Assembly: GCA_030141605.1 (NCBI GenBank)
Contig: JAQGDQ010000013.1
Span: 1-64,000, forward strand
Direction: 5' to 3'
Source of the DNA: Tubiluchus corallicola
Lineage: Eukaryota; Animalia; Priapulida
DNA: 64,000 bases
Both the position numbers and the translations under genes were made by a program. This document shows, one piece after another, positions 38,093-51,039 of this stretch; position 1 is the first letter of the stretch; each line of letters begins with the position of its first letter. The notes below the pieces were generated by a model. That model was not told the DNA's origin and did no database searches. It saw only the letters and a program-made list of their open reading frames with translations.

Positions 38093-40763
38093 TGTCACTA
38101 CATTCGGTGTAAATAATAAAGCATCAAATGAGCTACCGAAAAATTGTTCTTGCTCAATGAGTTTGCTCGAATCTCAGCAGCATGTGATTCTATGAATGTC
38201 AGCATTTTATTGTGCAATTTTTGACGTGAAACGACCATTAAACTTGCAGGCTCACGAACGCTATTATAATAGCCGTGGGTTTGCATTTCAGAAAAGTTCA
38301 GCAGGTTTTATGAAATATGACGGTAGCAATTCAGTTACATCTATTATAAATCTACTGCCCTTCGCGTTACAGTATTCTGCACTCTGCATTGTGGATATTT
38401 TGAAATATTGAGTAAGCTCAATAGTGACATGATACTAATGCTCTGGCGGGTATAGTCGTTAAGTCCATTTAAATTGTTGCAAGAATAATAAGACGACTAG
38501 AATGGTGACCGTCCTGGAGCCCATGTGGAGTCAACCCTATCAGTGTGTAATGTCCCCGTAAACTTGAGTTTTGAGATTTAATGGCAAAAAATACATTTTC
38601 TGTATTTCACTCCCAAATAATCTTATCCTGATTGTAAATGTCTTCTTACCTGAATTTCTAAATGTCGTTCCCTCGTAATCTGTCCTTACTTTTGAACGCG
38701 TTTTATCCACAGCGTCCAACCTGCAAGTTCGCAATCTCGAAACTGAAATGGTTCTTTCACTGCCTTATCCTTTGCTCCACAGGCATAAGAACAAGAACGT
38801 TTTTATGACAAGACAAAGTCAGTATATGCAACTACGTGTAAAGCTTTAATTATGCGATTTCTGTTTATGTATTTAATGCAGCCCAAATGATAAAAATCGT
38901 TTTTTAAATTATACGCTTGATTATTGTTTCATACTTGTGCTTGCACATTTCAGCAGTTTACTTATAGCATCCTTATAAGCCTGCCTGATGTGCAACCACG
39001 TTTTGCTGTTATGCAAACTTAGTATTAGATGTCAATAGCAATTATTTTTGCTTGATTGAGTGCAAAGCGTTCGTGTGGTTTCTTATTTAGATTGCACGTC
39101 AGCTTTAGAAAGCTGAAGAATTAAATTTTATTTGCGCTTTTAAAAAATACCAATGCACAAATGAATAATAAAATGTTAAATGTGCAGGGCAACCAGCGCT
39201 AACAAGGCGCAAAAAAATCAGATACGCTGCCTTTGTGACAGCGACTTAGGAACCCCAAAAAGGAGCCGTTATTAATAAAAACGTTTGCAGTTAAGCCACC
39301 AGGCGTAGTTTAATTTTCTTACATAACTTCACATGTAACATGTAATTTAAAGGCGCGTTCACACTCACCTAGTTAGCAGACAATCCTGATAATGTACAGA
39401 CAGTTTTCTGTTTGGCCAACCTCGTCCTATGCGTATATACATACTGAATTACAAGATATTATGTCCTTGAAACTCCGCGGCACCCTGTTCAGGCCTATTG
39501 GTGGGCCAACGTGAATATTGACGAAAAATGATTAACATTCCGTAATTTATAGGTTTCAAATTCTCCGTATGTCCTAGACAAGCGATTCATTGTTGACACG
39601 CGTTACTGATTTATGGTGAACAATACAAGGCATCAGTGTGGCAGCTATACTCAGCAATACATCATTTAAAACTCTCATAAATTTCTCTTAATGACGAAAG
39701 CAGAGTTTCAGCATTACCATATTTTCAAGTGCCATGGATTTCAACATAGAGGGCGTACGCGAGCTGGAATTTTGTTTAAAAAATATTTAGTTAGAAAATG
39801 CAACCGTTTTCGAAAATTCTTTTGTTCGCGAAAAATGTAAAATTTCATAAGTTCTGTGCCAATATTCGTTGAAAGAAGTGAAAGATAAAAGTGTCATTTC
39901 TAGCGTTTTCTACGCCCACGCCGCGTTTCGCCTCGGATCGATTATGAAAGCCGCAATTTTCTAAAATGAAAACAGTTTTTGCTGATAAAATAACATTATG
40001 TGACAAAATGATCTTCTAAAAGAGGGCGAGTGCGAGTTGACACGTGTTTATTTAACAAGTAGAAGTCACTTTGTAAAACAAATAAAGACTCCTAATACGC
40101 CACAAAAATGTTACGGAGTTTCAAAGTTTAATTGCTTTATAAAAAGGGCTTCTTTGTACAGTTAGGTACTCTGGAAGCTGGATTCCAAAATTCAGTAACA
40201 GGCCCTACTTAATAAACATGATTGTAGCGGGACTGGTATCTGGCTAGTATCAAGGCTAACCTATCTATCTTGACAATCTTAAGCAATAAATTGTGTTTCT
40301 GTTGCATTGGGATGCAAATACATCCTGTTCTCTAAATGAGAAAAACGGCATGAATCGGTGTGGTAAATATTTAGCACGACAGTAGTCACCAATCCATTCC
40401 TTGATTAGCCTTGGTATTGCTTACGCTCGGTCATGATGCCACTCAACCAGTCACCTCGCTTTAAAATTTAGAATTTTTTCTTTAGACCTTAGATATCTAA
40501 ACTTGGGTTTAAAACGTGCACGCCGTTACAATTAGTTTCACTCTTAATTGCTGTCTTTTTTTAATTTTCAAATATTAAATGATGCCAGTTTTGACAATGA
40601 TCTCAAAGGATTTAACAACAACGTCTCTGTAAAATAACTTAGAAAGTTGGAAAAGTGTTATCTGGCCCTATACGGTCGAAATATTGAGTCATTGCTGAGT
40701 CTGTTTGCCCCATACAGGACCGAGTACCTAGAATGCCTTCCTAGGATAGTTTCTAATCAATCT

Positions 40764-40836
40764 GAGACTATCACACAGGCACATAAGTGGGTCTACGATA
40801 CAGGCACTTAGTTGGGACTACTACACAGGCATACAA
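40764..40836. repeat. three diverged ~25-bp tandem units
   Basis: gagactatcacacaggcacataagtg / ggtctacgatacaggcacttagttg / ggactactacacaggcatac. Confidence 0.6.
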
Positions 40837-41174
40837 CTATTGTGCTGATGCTCTCATCTTTTAGGAAAGTTTCACGTTTACTTGAAATTGTCGATGGTAA
40901 TGAACACACGAGAATTTTGTAGATAACCCTACGTGTTTACATTTTATTGGGTTTATGGTAACAATGCACGTCTGGCACAACATTTGCTAATTTCATTTAA
41001 CTGTCTTATGTTCCGCTGCCGTTGCCGCGCTGGTCAGATGATGCTTGCTTGCTAGTTGTATTAAAGTAATCGCTTTTTGTTAAAGTGACATTATTTCCTG
41101 CAAGTGAATGTATTTTGATTTTGTTTCGTTTCATTTATTTATTTTTTTTATTGGAATTTCTCGTCCTCTTACAG

Positions 41175-41240
41175 ACTGTGAAGTTGTCCAGTGATGTAGG
41201 AGCGAAGGCGTTCGAGCTTGGAAATGTAGTTAACGAAAAG
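41175..41240 (+). CDS. ArfGAP1: ArfGAP1 coding exon 8 (TVKLSSDVGAKAFELGNVVNEK)
   Basis: Aligns to mammalian ATKFGSQASQKASELGHSLNEN. cctcttacAG / AAG|gtaagt, 66 nt, phase 0. Confidence 0.9.
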
Positions 41241-42471
41241 GTAAGTAGATGGCAGCACGAGCTTACTGCATGTGCAAATTTCTTGCTAGCTTGATTAGTG
41301 TCACATCTCACATTTTCCTACCCCGGTACTACCACTCAATTCAGCAAGACAAAATATAAATGAGCTTATTTAGATTTAGATTAAATCTAGCCATGTTTTT
41401 TAATATCCTGCAAGCAATTTAGTTCAAGAATATGAACTTATTTAGGCCTATTTTGTAAACTCAACTTGCTTATAACTTCTTGATATAGAGTAAAAAAATT
41501 CTGCTTTCTCTCTTTAGAACTTCTTTTAAAATAGTACACTGCATGGTTTAGTTGATCCAAGTTTAATTTGTATAAGTTTCTTGAAATATGGGTTTAGATG
41601 AATAACTTTCATTTAAACGTGACAACATTTTGATGGTGCAGATCCCCGGGATCTTGGACGAGGAGTGCTCCTTATACCAAAATCCCAAAATTAAGGTGAA
41701 TCCTCAGATTGAAAGCAAAAGTGCTACTATGCATGGGTTTTGAAACGGCGAGCTTTTTCACTTACTATATACACTGAAGGTGAAAATAACTGCCAGCACC
41801 CTTTTGAGCAAAAACATTGTTATTTATTCCAACACAATCATCTGTAACGTTTCAAGCATGACACGGTAATGTTCACGTAGTTCTGCCTAATAAAGGTATA
41901 ATGTATAAAAATTAATACTGAGGTCCAAAAATTCACAATTGTAGAAAGCAACCAGAACAATTACTAAAATATAAACTTACATATCGTGTAGTATATTGCC
42001 AAATGGCAAAAAAATAAAAAGTGATGTTAGTCCAACACATTTCATTCTCTGACTATTGCCTGTGCATGGCAACAACAGAAACCGTTGCAATACATGTACT
42101 TTTGTGGGTAACAATCTGTGTTTTTTACGTGAATAAACCACACTGGATCAGGCATCGCCAAGTGATAAATGTGGTGTTGCTTGTGGATTGGATCTGAATT
42201 CATTTAGTGTTCTTAGACAAAAAATAGATTTCCTATCTGGGCCTATTATTATGAGGCAAATTATTACTTGTTCTGCATCTATTGTGTTTACTTTAAACTG
42301 CTATTATTTTCTGACAGTATTGCTATCATTCGTCATCATACACATTTCATCTTTTTTTATTCACTCTTGATTTGTTTTGTTGGATTTTCAATCCTTGGCA
42401 GGAAACAATTTTTATTTAGATGGAATTTTTATAAAATTTTATATCTTCCTGACCATTTTAAATGAATTTCC

Positions 42472-42672
42472 TGTTATTTACCGTGTCAGCAAGAGTGAGG
42501 TGTTGTAATGACATTGATCATCATATACTTGCAACTATCGCCATCTGTAACTGAATAAAGTAAATTAATGTAGTTATTTACTCTGTTAGCAAGGTGAAAG
42601 CGTGTAGTCACCCTATAATTGCAGCTATCGCCATCTGTAATTGAGTAAAGTGAATTACAGTGTCATTGACTC
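42472..42672. repeat. two-copy ~90-100-bp tandem duplication
   Basis: ttgca.ctatcgccatctgtaa.tga.taaagt.aatta occurs at ~42529 and ~42619. gttatttac..tgt.agcaag occurs at ~42473 and ~42573. Confidence 0.75.
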
Positions 42673-43164
42673 ACCACTGTGTAATTGGCCTACTGTTTCA
42701 TTGAACTGTTTCCTATTTGCTCAGTTTCACCCACAAAATGCTTTTTGTTGGGTTGATGCTTTTTTGCTGTTATGCAGTTGTTAGGATCGGTAGGTTCTTT
42801 TGCGTCCATTTGTAGGATATGTTACATTGGTGTTAGAAATGAATTAGTGCTGCATCCTGCGAGCACTTTACGAAACTCTTCAGCAAAAGTAATGGCAACA
42901 ACTGTTTACTTCCTTTCCCCAAAGAAAAAACCTCTCCACTCTACTCCGTCCAAACTCTTACAATTATTTTATTACTTGAATTAAGTACAGTGTAGTTGGA
43001 GTTTGGAACTACTAGCTATTATCGTTTTAGTTTTATAATATTTTTTACAATGGTATGCTCCAATACAAGTCTTACAACACTTACTGTAGCATGCTGCTGA
43101 AGCCTGAGTGCATTTAACAAGACAGGATTAGTGCGTAAAGCCTATACCAGCAATGTGATTGTCG

Positions 43165-44175
43165 AATGTAGGTAAAAATGGCATAGGATAAAATGGCACG
43201 GTAAAAATGGCACATGTAAAAAGGGTACAAGAAAAAATGGCACCAACGGAAAAGTAGAAAAAAATGGCACATATTATTTTGATGCAAATAATTTATATAA
43301 TAAAACTAAAGTTTGCTCAGTAGGAAGTAGACCTTCAAGGTTGAAAAACCCCAAACATGTCTGTTGATTCTTTTGTTAGAAAAAACATAAACCAAAGACA
43401 AACAAATGAACATACAAAAATATACCTATATAAGTATTATATCGATTAGCAAAAGACTCACAAAATATGTTCATTAAACAGAATTATAATCAACAATTCA
43501 CGAACATTCCACCTAGTGTTTGTCAAAATTTTTTAACTATTTGGCAGCGGTATAATTGACTAACAAATCTATCTATTTATGTATGAAGTCAGCTTATAAG
43601 GCTATAGACATAATTATATACATGTGTGATCAAAGGTTACAGAGAGCGTTACACAGTTTTTCAAGTGAAAATTTCTCAAAATGGAACCTGGAACTAACTA
43701 GTAGTTGTTTATCCTATTAGAGATAGTAAAAAAGTGTCAATTGCCCTATCACGTAGCCTAGTTCTCGACTTTCCAAAGAGCTATGACACTCCCTCTGAGA
43801 CGTCTACGAAGTGCTACAAAAATATTTTTTGTACGAGGTTTTTGGTCAACTCTTGCAAAGAAACGCGCATTTTAGCAGTTTTCACCCCTCCCATGTCCAG
43901 GATTCTGCTTCATAAATATATCGTTTTTGTCCCCTATCCAATTTCTCCTCAGAGTTTCTTGGAAGTTTCTTAAGTAGCTTTTTCGTAATAGGCTTACTGC
44001 TGTATAACAGACAAAAGACAACCAAACAAACAAACATCCTTGGAGCACAACTTGTTTGGCAGAGGTAAAAATAATTAAAATAACTGCTTAAAATAATTAC
44101 AGTAGCTCTAGCCCTAAACCCATATTTTATACGTGCTATTTTTCTATGATTGTCTTATGCTATTTACCAACACTT
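43165..44175. repeat. element with an array of AAAAATGGCAC subterminal repeats and decayed inverted copies; contains a HINE-like 3' end
   Basis: About six aaaatggcac-like units at 43171-43272. Inverted gtgctattttt/atgctattt copies at 44133-44170. A (CAAA)n run followed by ttggcagaggtaa at 44010-44070. Confidence 0.5.
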
Positions 44176-47100
44176 CACTTCATTTGAGTCCACTTAGCCA
44201 GGTAAAGACAATTCTCGGCAAGGGCGGTGTCTACAGTATTTTTATTGCAGCTATAAAAGTTGGCCAAGCTTGGTGGTGAACCCCTTATAGATCATTAAAG
44301 TAAACCAACCACTTAAATTCCTCTCAACAGCAAAAATGCTGATTAATAAGAGAGTTCAGTCACAAAATGAAGTTTATGCCATTTTGTGAGAAAGAGCTTT
44401 ACACGTAACATCATTGACCGGATACACAGGGCATTCAATCATTATCATTCTGTCAGAATAATAATTCCTATTTGGCTAGCTGTATACGCCTGGAGAGGCG
44501 CCAGATGCATTAGTGCTTTTTTTCACGGATCTGTTGACTATTACCCCATTTTTACATAAAAGCCATTTTAAGCTTAGCGCAAGTCATGGCCATTTTTGTG
44601 AGGGACGTTAAGCTACTAAATGATTGGAGTAATCACAAGTGGATGCTGGGTAGGGGAGACGGCTAAATACACGGTTAAAAGTCAGTACTTTGCTAATCAC
44701 TAAAATCTTTTTGTTCTGTCCTGTTTTTAGCGTCCACAAAAAATGCACTAATTATTCGCATTAAAAAGACAGACCTTCAGGCTGTCTTTAACTGTTGTTA
44801 CTATAACGTTAACACTAGCTTTCTGGGCGTTGTGAGCATTTGCGGCCCGTGGTTTTACATTTGCAACCCGATGGTGTCATTAATGCCCGTAGCGAAGCTT
44901 TACAAAAATTTGCTGTTAGTTGTTGGACACAAATCTTATGTATATCACGGGTACAGCGGGAAATGTGTGACTCTCTAAAGTATTAATTCTAAATCTGATT
45001 TAGTGTCCGATTCAAACTTTTTATTCTTGGTGACTGGAGTGAATTTTCGATTAAATTTTAATTGCAGTTTAGTTCACATTTTCAAATTATAGTTGAAATG
45101 ATTCAAATGAATTATTTAAAATATAAGTAATCGCCAATGTATTTAGACCGCTGTGATTAAAATTAATTAAGTTAATTATAATTTTGTAGGGCGAAGTTTT
45201 TTCCATCTATGACTACAACAGCTAGCTTGTGTGACAATACTTATCGGTCAGACTTCATGACATATTATCCACTAAATAGTGAATGTACGCTGAATGACTG
45301 AATTCATATCATACGCAGTAATGCTGTTTTCATGAATAATTTACTTAGCAATAATTATTGTACAGCATTTAATAGTGGGAGGTCTGACAAAGCTCAGGGG
45401 ATATGCTGACTTGTATAATAACAGGCAATCGTCTGTAATTACTGAGTATAATAATAAATGACAAATTTTCAGTGCAACACAGGGGGAGGCGCAAGCTACT
45501 TTCTGACCAAGAACCGAAAGGAAACTACGTTAGTTTAGTAAATTCTCACATAGAAGTTATTCGAAGCTTTCCAGAAATTTAGCAATGATTTCTGTCCTAT
45601 TTAGCAGGAAAGCAGCTGTTATAATTGCAAGCACTTAAAAAACCAAAAATAAGAAAAAAGGAAAAATAGAATAAAACATGAAAACTACCAATGTCATTTT
45701 TGTTACTAAAAAGAAAAAAAACATTAAAATAGATGTGGTGGCACTTTGATATCGCGCATAGTATTCTTGTACAGAGTAGATCCAACTTATAGATTCATGG
45801 AAATGTTCCTGATGATTTATTGGTTCTTTGTTAACTCCTGCAACGACACATGTGAAAGGGCTTTAATCTTATTATCTGGACAAATCGGATTATCAGTGGT
45901 AAAGACTGGTTGACCACTGGTGAGTCTGACCCATCTTGCTTTGTTCTAATAAGTAATTAACCTTGTGTTGATGGCAATTGTTGCCTTTGTTTTCTATGTA
46001 TCCCCACATCCCAATCTTGTTTGCGTGCCTATTGTTGATGTATTTCTAAATCCCTTTCGGTTCTCGCCTAGGCTCACAAAGCAGCTGCAGATCGCCGACA
46101 ATGCGATCGTGCAACAAGTCTCAGCGGAGTCTGTTGGTCGAGGTTCTCAGATTAGGAATGTATTGTGCGTGATTGGTTGTTGGTTGCTGATGCTTTTTCA
46201 TATTTCTGTGCAAGACATGTGAACTGGAATACATTTTGTCATAAACACTTTATTTTTGTGTGCGTGTAACACTGTTATAACTGTGACATCATGGCATATT
46301 GCAAAGTGAGCACGCAGGAGTCTAGTTATCATAATATGACGGGTGACAGCGTCCCTTCTGGACTTAACATGCGTTTTTGGTGCAAAGGGGCGCCCGTGAA
46401 AAATAAAACGCCAACAAGAGAGTCTTTCCCTAGCATTAATATCAAGGATCATTTACCTAATATTCCTAGTCTTCCAGTTTCTTTAAAGCCAAATATCAGT
46501 TTTGAAAGGGTAAGTGTAAAGAATTATGCTGTCTTGTACGTTACACTGTTCTATACTAGTGAAAGGAGTTTACAAAACAAGATCGTTGCAGTTTTATCTA
46601 GAGTTGTTATTTTGTGAATTTCGTCAATTTCTAGCGCAAACTAGACAATTAAGATTGACTACTGAAAAGTACTTTTAAATGGTTTATAAGTTTTCTGTTA
46701 AGTAAAGCAATTTCCCTAAAATTGTAAAGCCAGGGGTGTCCCCGGTGGATTTGGGTTGTTATAACGAGTACGACTGCTGTATTTTTTGTGAATAAAACAA
46801 AAACTTAGCGATTCGTTTTGTTTTCGAAAAAAAGTGGCTACAGATAATATACTTATTAATTGATTGGTATCATGACATCATACTTTCAGTTCGCTTTTCA
46901 GCCAGTTTTTCCGGTTTAATGGTGCTTTGAAAGACTCTTGAAAGTGCTTATTATGGGAATGTTTGTGCGACATTAAATGAGCTATTTGCAGTTTTCTTTA
47001 ATTGATCACCTTCATAGTGATATATTTTCGTTTTTTAACATGAATTGTCAATCTGCTACCAGTTTAACTGCTGTTTAAATGTAAATATTTACATATAAAC

Positions 47101-50100
47101 CTATTTGTTACAGTGACTGGCACATGTAATTTACGTTACATGTAAATACTAAGCAAACGAAAACATGTGCTGTTGTTCAAGGTTTGTTAGCTGTGGGTTT
47201 TCTGGGTAGAACAAATAAAATAGAAGTGAAATTTGTTTGGTAAACCACATAATACCAAGATGTCCTTTGAACCATGGGTTTATGCATGCTGTTAAACTTA
47301 ACTAGAACTTTCTCCTTCCATGACTTCGCTAGCTAATAACTGTCCTGGCCAGTGTAATTAAAACTCGGGCTTATGGTTGCATTATCAAAAGCCGTGCGGA
47401 GAATTGAAAAATGTCATGGTAATAAAATTATCCTGTAGAATTTATTGAAGGACTTCAGCGATGTGGTTATAATAAAAATTGTTCTAGGAATATACCTCTT
47501 AGCATAGGGCGTCAATTGAATGCATTTTAAGACTGCCCTTTTTATGTCAATAATTAGTACGAGCAATGCAGGGCAATGAAGATACATAGTTTTGAAGCCT
47601 GTCTATAATTTGTAAACTTCTACATCCAAGGACTTCTCATTTGTCATGGATTTAAACGATCAGTTTAGTTCTAGCGAGACGAATTTTGCCTTCTGGTATG
47701 TTGCGCAAATCTTACTTGTTCATTATCTCTTAAATAGTTCATATGGATTATATATGAACAGATTATTGAATGCATAAAATATTATCTCATTGATATCTCA
47801 GCTAGGATGTAAGCTTTGCTTACTTTGACTGTGCATGCGTTATTCTTGCTTGAAATCTTGAGTTGGCGCAGGTTTGCTTGGGTAAAGGCTGGTATGCTCT
47901 TACTCATTCATTACTTAGCTTTATACAATATCTGACATTAATCCTATTTTACATAAGGTTAACCGTTTACACTTTGTACTTATGTGCCAGCCTGGATTGG
48001 CCTTGTTCGCGGCTTTTTATATCAGGAAGTCAGCCTGGCAATAACATAATTACAGACTGCTGAGACACGCAGTTATACTGGAATTATACCTTCGTAAAAT
48101 ACACCTTAAGAGAAGAGTGTTAAATGGATCTGTATGCTATCTATCATTTGTGTACTTAAATTGCCAACTAGTTCTGGTTAAATAGGCCTATTTAACTTAT
48201 CTAAGTTCTAAAAAGATAAAGATTTCATCAAGTTTACTTGCCCAATCATATTGTGGGAGCTAATAAAATTGGCTAATTTAACATTAACATTGAGTGTTAT
48301 TTAGCTTGTAGCATTTTATAACAAAATTATAATGAAATGTATATAGAATGTTTATTAGCTGTCTTCAGAACTTCATTCCGCCTCTTTAAAAGTGTAAAAC
48401 AACTGAAACAAAGACCGATGTCGTTATTGTTTTTTGTAATGTTGGGGTTCCTATGTGCCTCCGTTTCTTAGAACCAAGGGTTAGTTAATCTTTTCGCTGC
48501 TTTTGCTATCTTGTAAAATTTCGAAACTGCTTTTGGCTGTAAATGGAAGCGCTAATGTTTTATTGCTCTTCTTTGTGAAGCCTGAAAACATTAAAATGGG
48601 AAGCTTTAAATAGAGAATAATGGCAACCTGCAAAGCCATTGCAGCGTTTAGACCTTTCGCAATTTTTCAATGTCAGTTTAAATAGAGAAAAAACATTTGA
48701 AACGTTTGCTTGCAGTACAAATAATAAGTGTTACTGGGATAATTGCCTATACATGCATGTACTGCTCTTTCTTGGATTCAGCAAGTTCATTGAGTGTTTT
48801 GCGGGGGCGTGCTAATCCTGAACCAGAGTTTTTGAGAACTAACCTTATTTCAAACTTCAGGTCATAATTTTAAAGAAAAGGTACTTGTTACCTATGGTTG
48901 CACATATTACACGGAGCATGAATGATCCTGTAAACGTTAATTAGCGATGAGATATTTCATGGGACAAGATTGTCCTGTTTCTGTAGAGATATTAATGCTC
49001 TGATGACTACAGTAATCCTACCTTTTTACTTTCTAATAATCTTCTTTCATCGCCCGAGTCACCTTGACTGAAAACATAATTCTATAAACAACCTCTTAAC
49101 CCACGTGTTGTGATGCGTCATTGAGGCGTAGACGTGTTTTAACCGAAAAGTGTTGGGAAGTTATATTACATACCTGTCAAATGACACTTTTATAAATGAT
49201 TAAAATTTACAGGTACCTTACATGAGCATTATTTTTACTCCATAGTTATACAATATGTTTGTGACTTTTTCGTTAGCATGTGAATCAGATTCTGTGATTT
49301 TTCTTGGTTGTAGTGTGTTTGCACTTGTTTTTACGGATAAAATCTGTAACCCCTTTTGTTAGTTTAACAAGCGGAATCTTTGACCTTTGTTGGTTCAGAA
49401 CAAAAATCACTAACCAGTGACCTTGCTGGTTTTAATAATTTTTAGTCTTGTCCTTACTTGACCCTATGATTTTACAGGTAAATATGTAACCCTTCTGAAA
49501 ACATGCTGACTAGATTGACCGTGTTCATGTGGCAAGCAGTATTCACCAACAAGGCCCAGTTACTGAAGTTGGTTGTAACGGGACTGGAATCTAGTTTCAT
49601 TATCAATTCATTAGTCCTGTAAGGTGGAGTGGATCCGCAAAAGTTCAGCAGATGTATTATACATCCTCTCTAACAAGACAAATAGTTGAAGGCATTATGG
49701 CAGTTGAAACCTGCCAGAAGCAGTTTTTCTACTCCCATGCATTTGTTGACCCTGCTAAGCGTTGTCTAACTTTGATCGCTAAGCACGTATCTTGAGCACT
49801 TAGTGTTACGCCCTGATTTTAGTGCTTGTTGGTAAAAAAGATTGTGCTTGTGCACGTACCTAAAATATTGAGCCTGACATCGCACTTTGCACCGCTGTGA
49901 AACTTACAAATAAACGCGAATGATCAAAATTAATTGAAGCTTAAACTCGCTTGTAATACAGTTTAATGAGTAGAACTATACAAATTTGCAGAACTTAATT
50001 AAACTGAAATCCGGTACTAGGTTAGACTCGAGGTTAAGGTTTTGTTAGCACACTGAACTAATAAATGGTGTAAAATTTATGTTTAGTTCAACACAAAGCA

Positions 50101-50402
50101 AGGTGAAAGCTTGTCTAAATGCGAAGTTGAGATTATTATTATTACGTAACAAACTTATATTAAAATTGAAAGACATAGACTATCGAAAGCCTGATAATGA
50201 TTTCCTAAATCAGATTCACCGGGGAACTCAATCCAGCTGAAATTTAATTTCTCACTAAGGATGCTGGCAGTTGCTATGACAACGTGCAGGTACATTCACC
50301 ACGCCGGTAAGAGCTGATAATAATTATGTTTACCTGGTGAAGTAGAACATACAAGAGCATATACGTTCGACCAGAACACATACACAGTAAACGTAATATT
50401 AT

Positions 50403-51039
50403 AAGTCATTCCTCAATCGCGACTTTATACCATAACTGCGAAAACATGTATTTTTTTAAATTTTGTATGTAGCAATTATGTAATATTTAACTTTATTACA
50501 TAATACACATACATACTTTATGATATATACATGTCACGACGAAGTAGGCTTATACTGGTAAATTCAAATGCCTGTAAAAATTGTTCAAAGCAAAAAACAC
50601 CTTAGCTTTTTACAGAGTACATGGTTCAAATACCAAGGAATTCAAAAACGTCGGGTTCGGTCCAAAAAATTCTGTCCCACAAGGTCATTTTTAACGTCAA
50701 GGTAAAGGACAAAAGTTCATGTAAATTCAAACACCACCTATCTGAAGCTTTATTGCAGATTCTGAAGGACTGTTGAATTCCCTTTAAAATGATACCACTC
50801 CCATCAAAATTGGACTTAGAGAGTTATGATCGTCTAAAAATTGCAGGTCACGCCGATTTTGGCGATTTTTTAGTCCTTTCGGCCATTTTCAAAGGGCCAT
50901 AACTTTTAAATGGTTGGCCCAATTACGCTAAAAATTTGGATTTTTGCATTTCTCCATAAGCCAAACTAACACACCAAATTACATTAAGATCTGTGACATA
51001 AGGGTGTTTTGCATTGGGTGATTTCACCTGGAATGACCC
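50403..51039. mobile_element. possible MITE ending in GGAATGACCC
   Basis: Right terminus ggaatgaccc, repeated at 54101-54110. Degenerate left terminus aagtcattcc. No TSD confirmed. Confidence 0.35.

Noticed and set aside
40764-40836. CRISPR-like periodic repeats (also 43171-43272)
   Set aside because: Diverged tandem units without unique spacers, no cas genes, eukaryotic intron.
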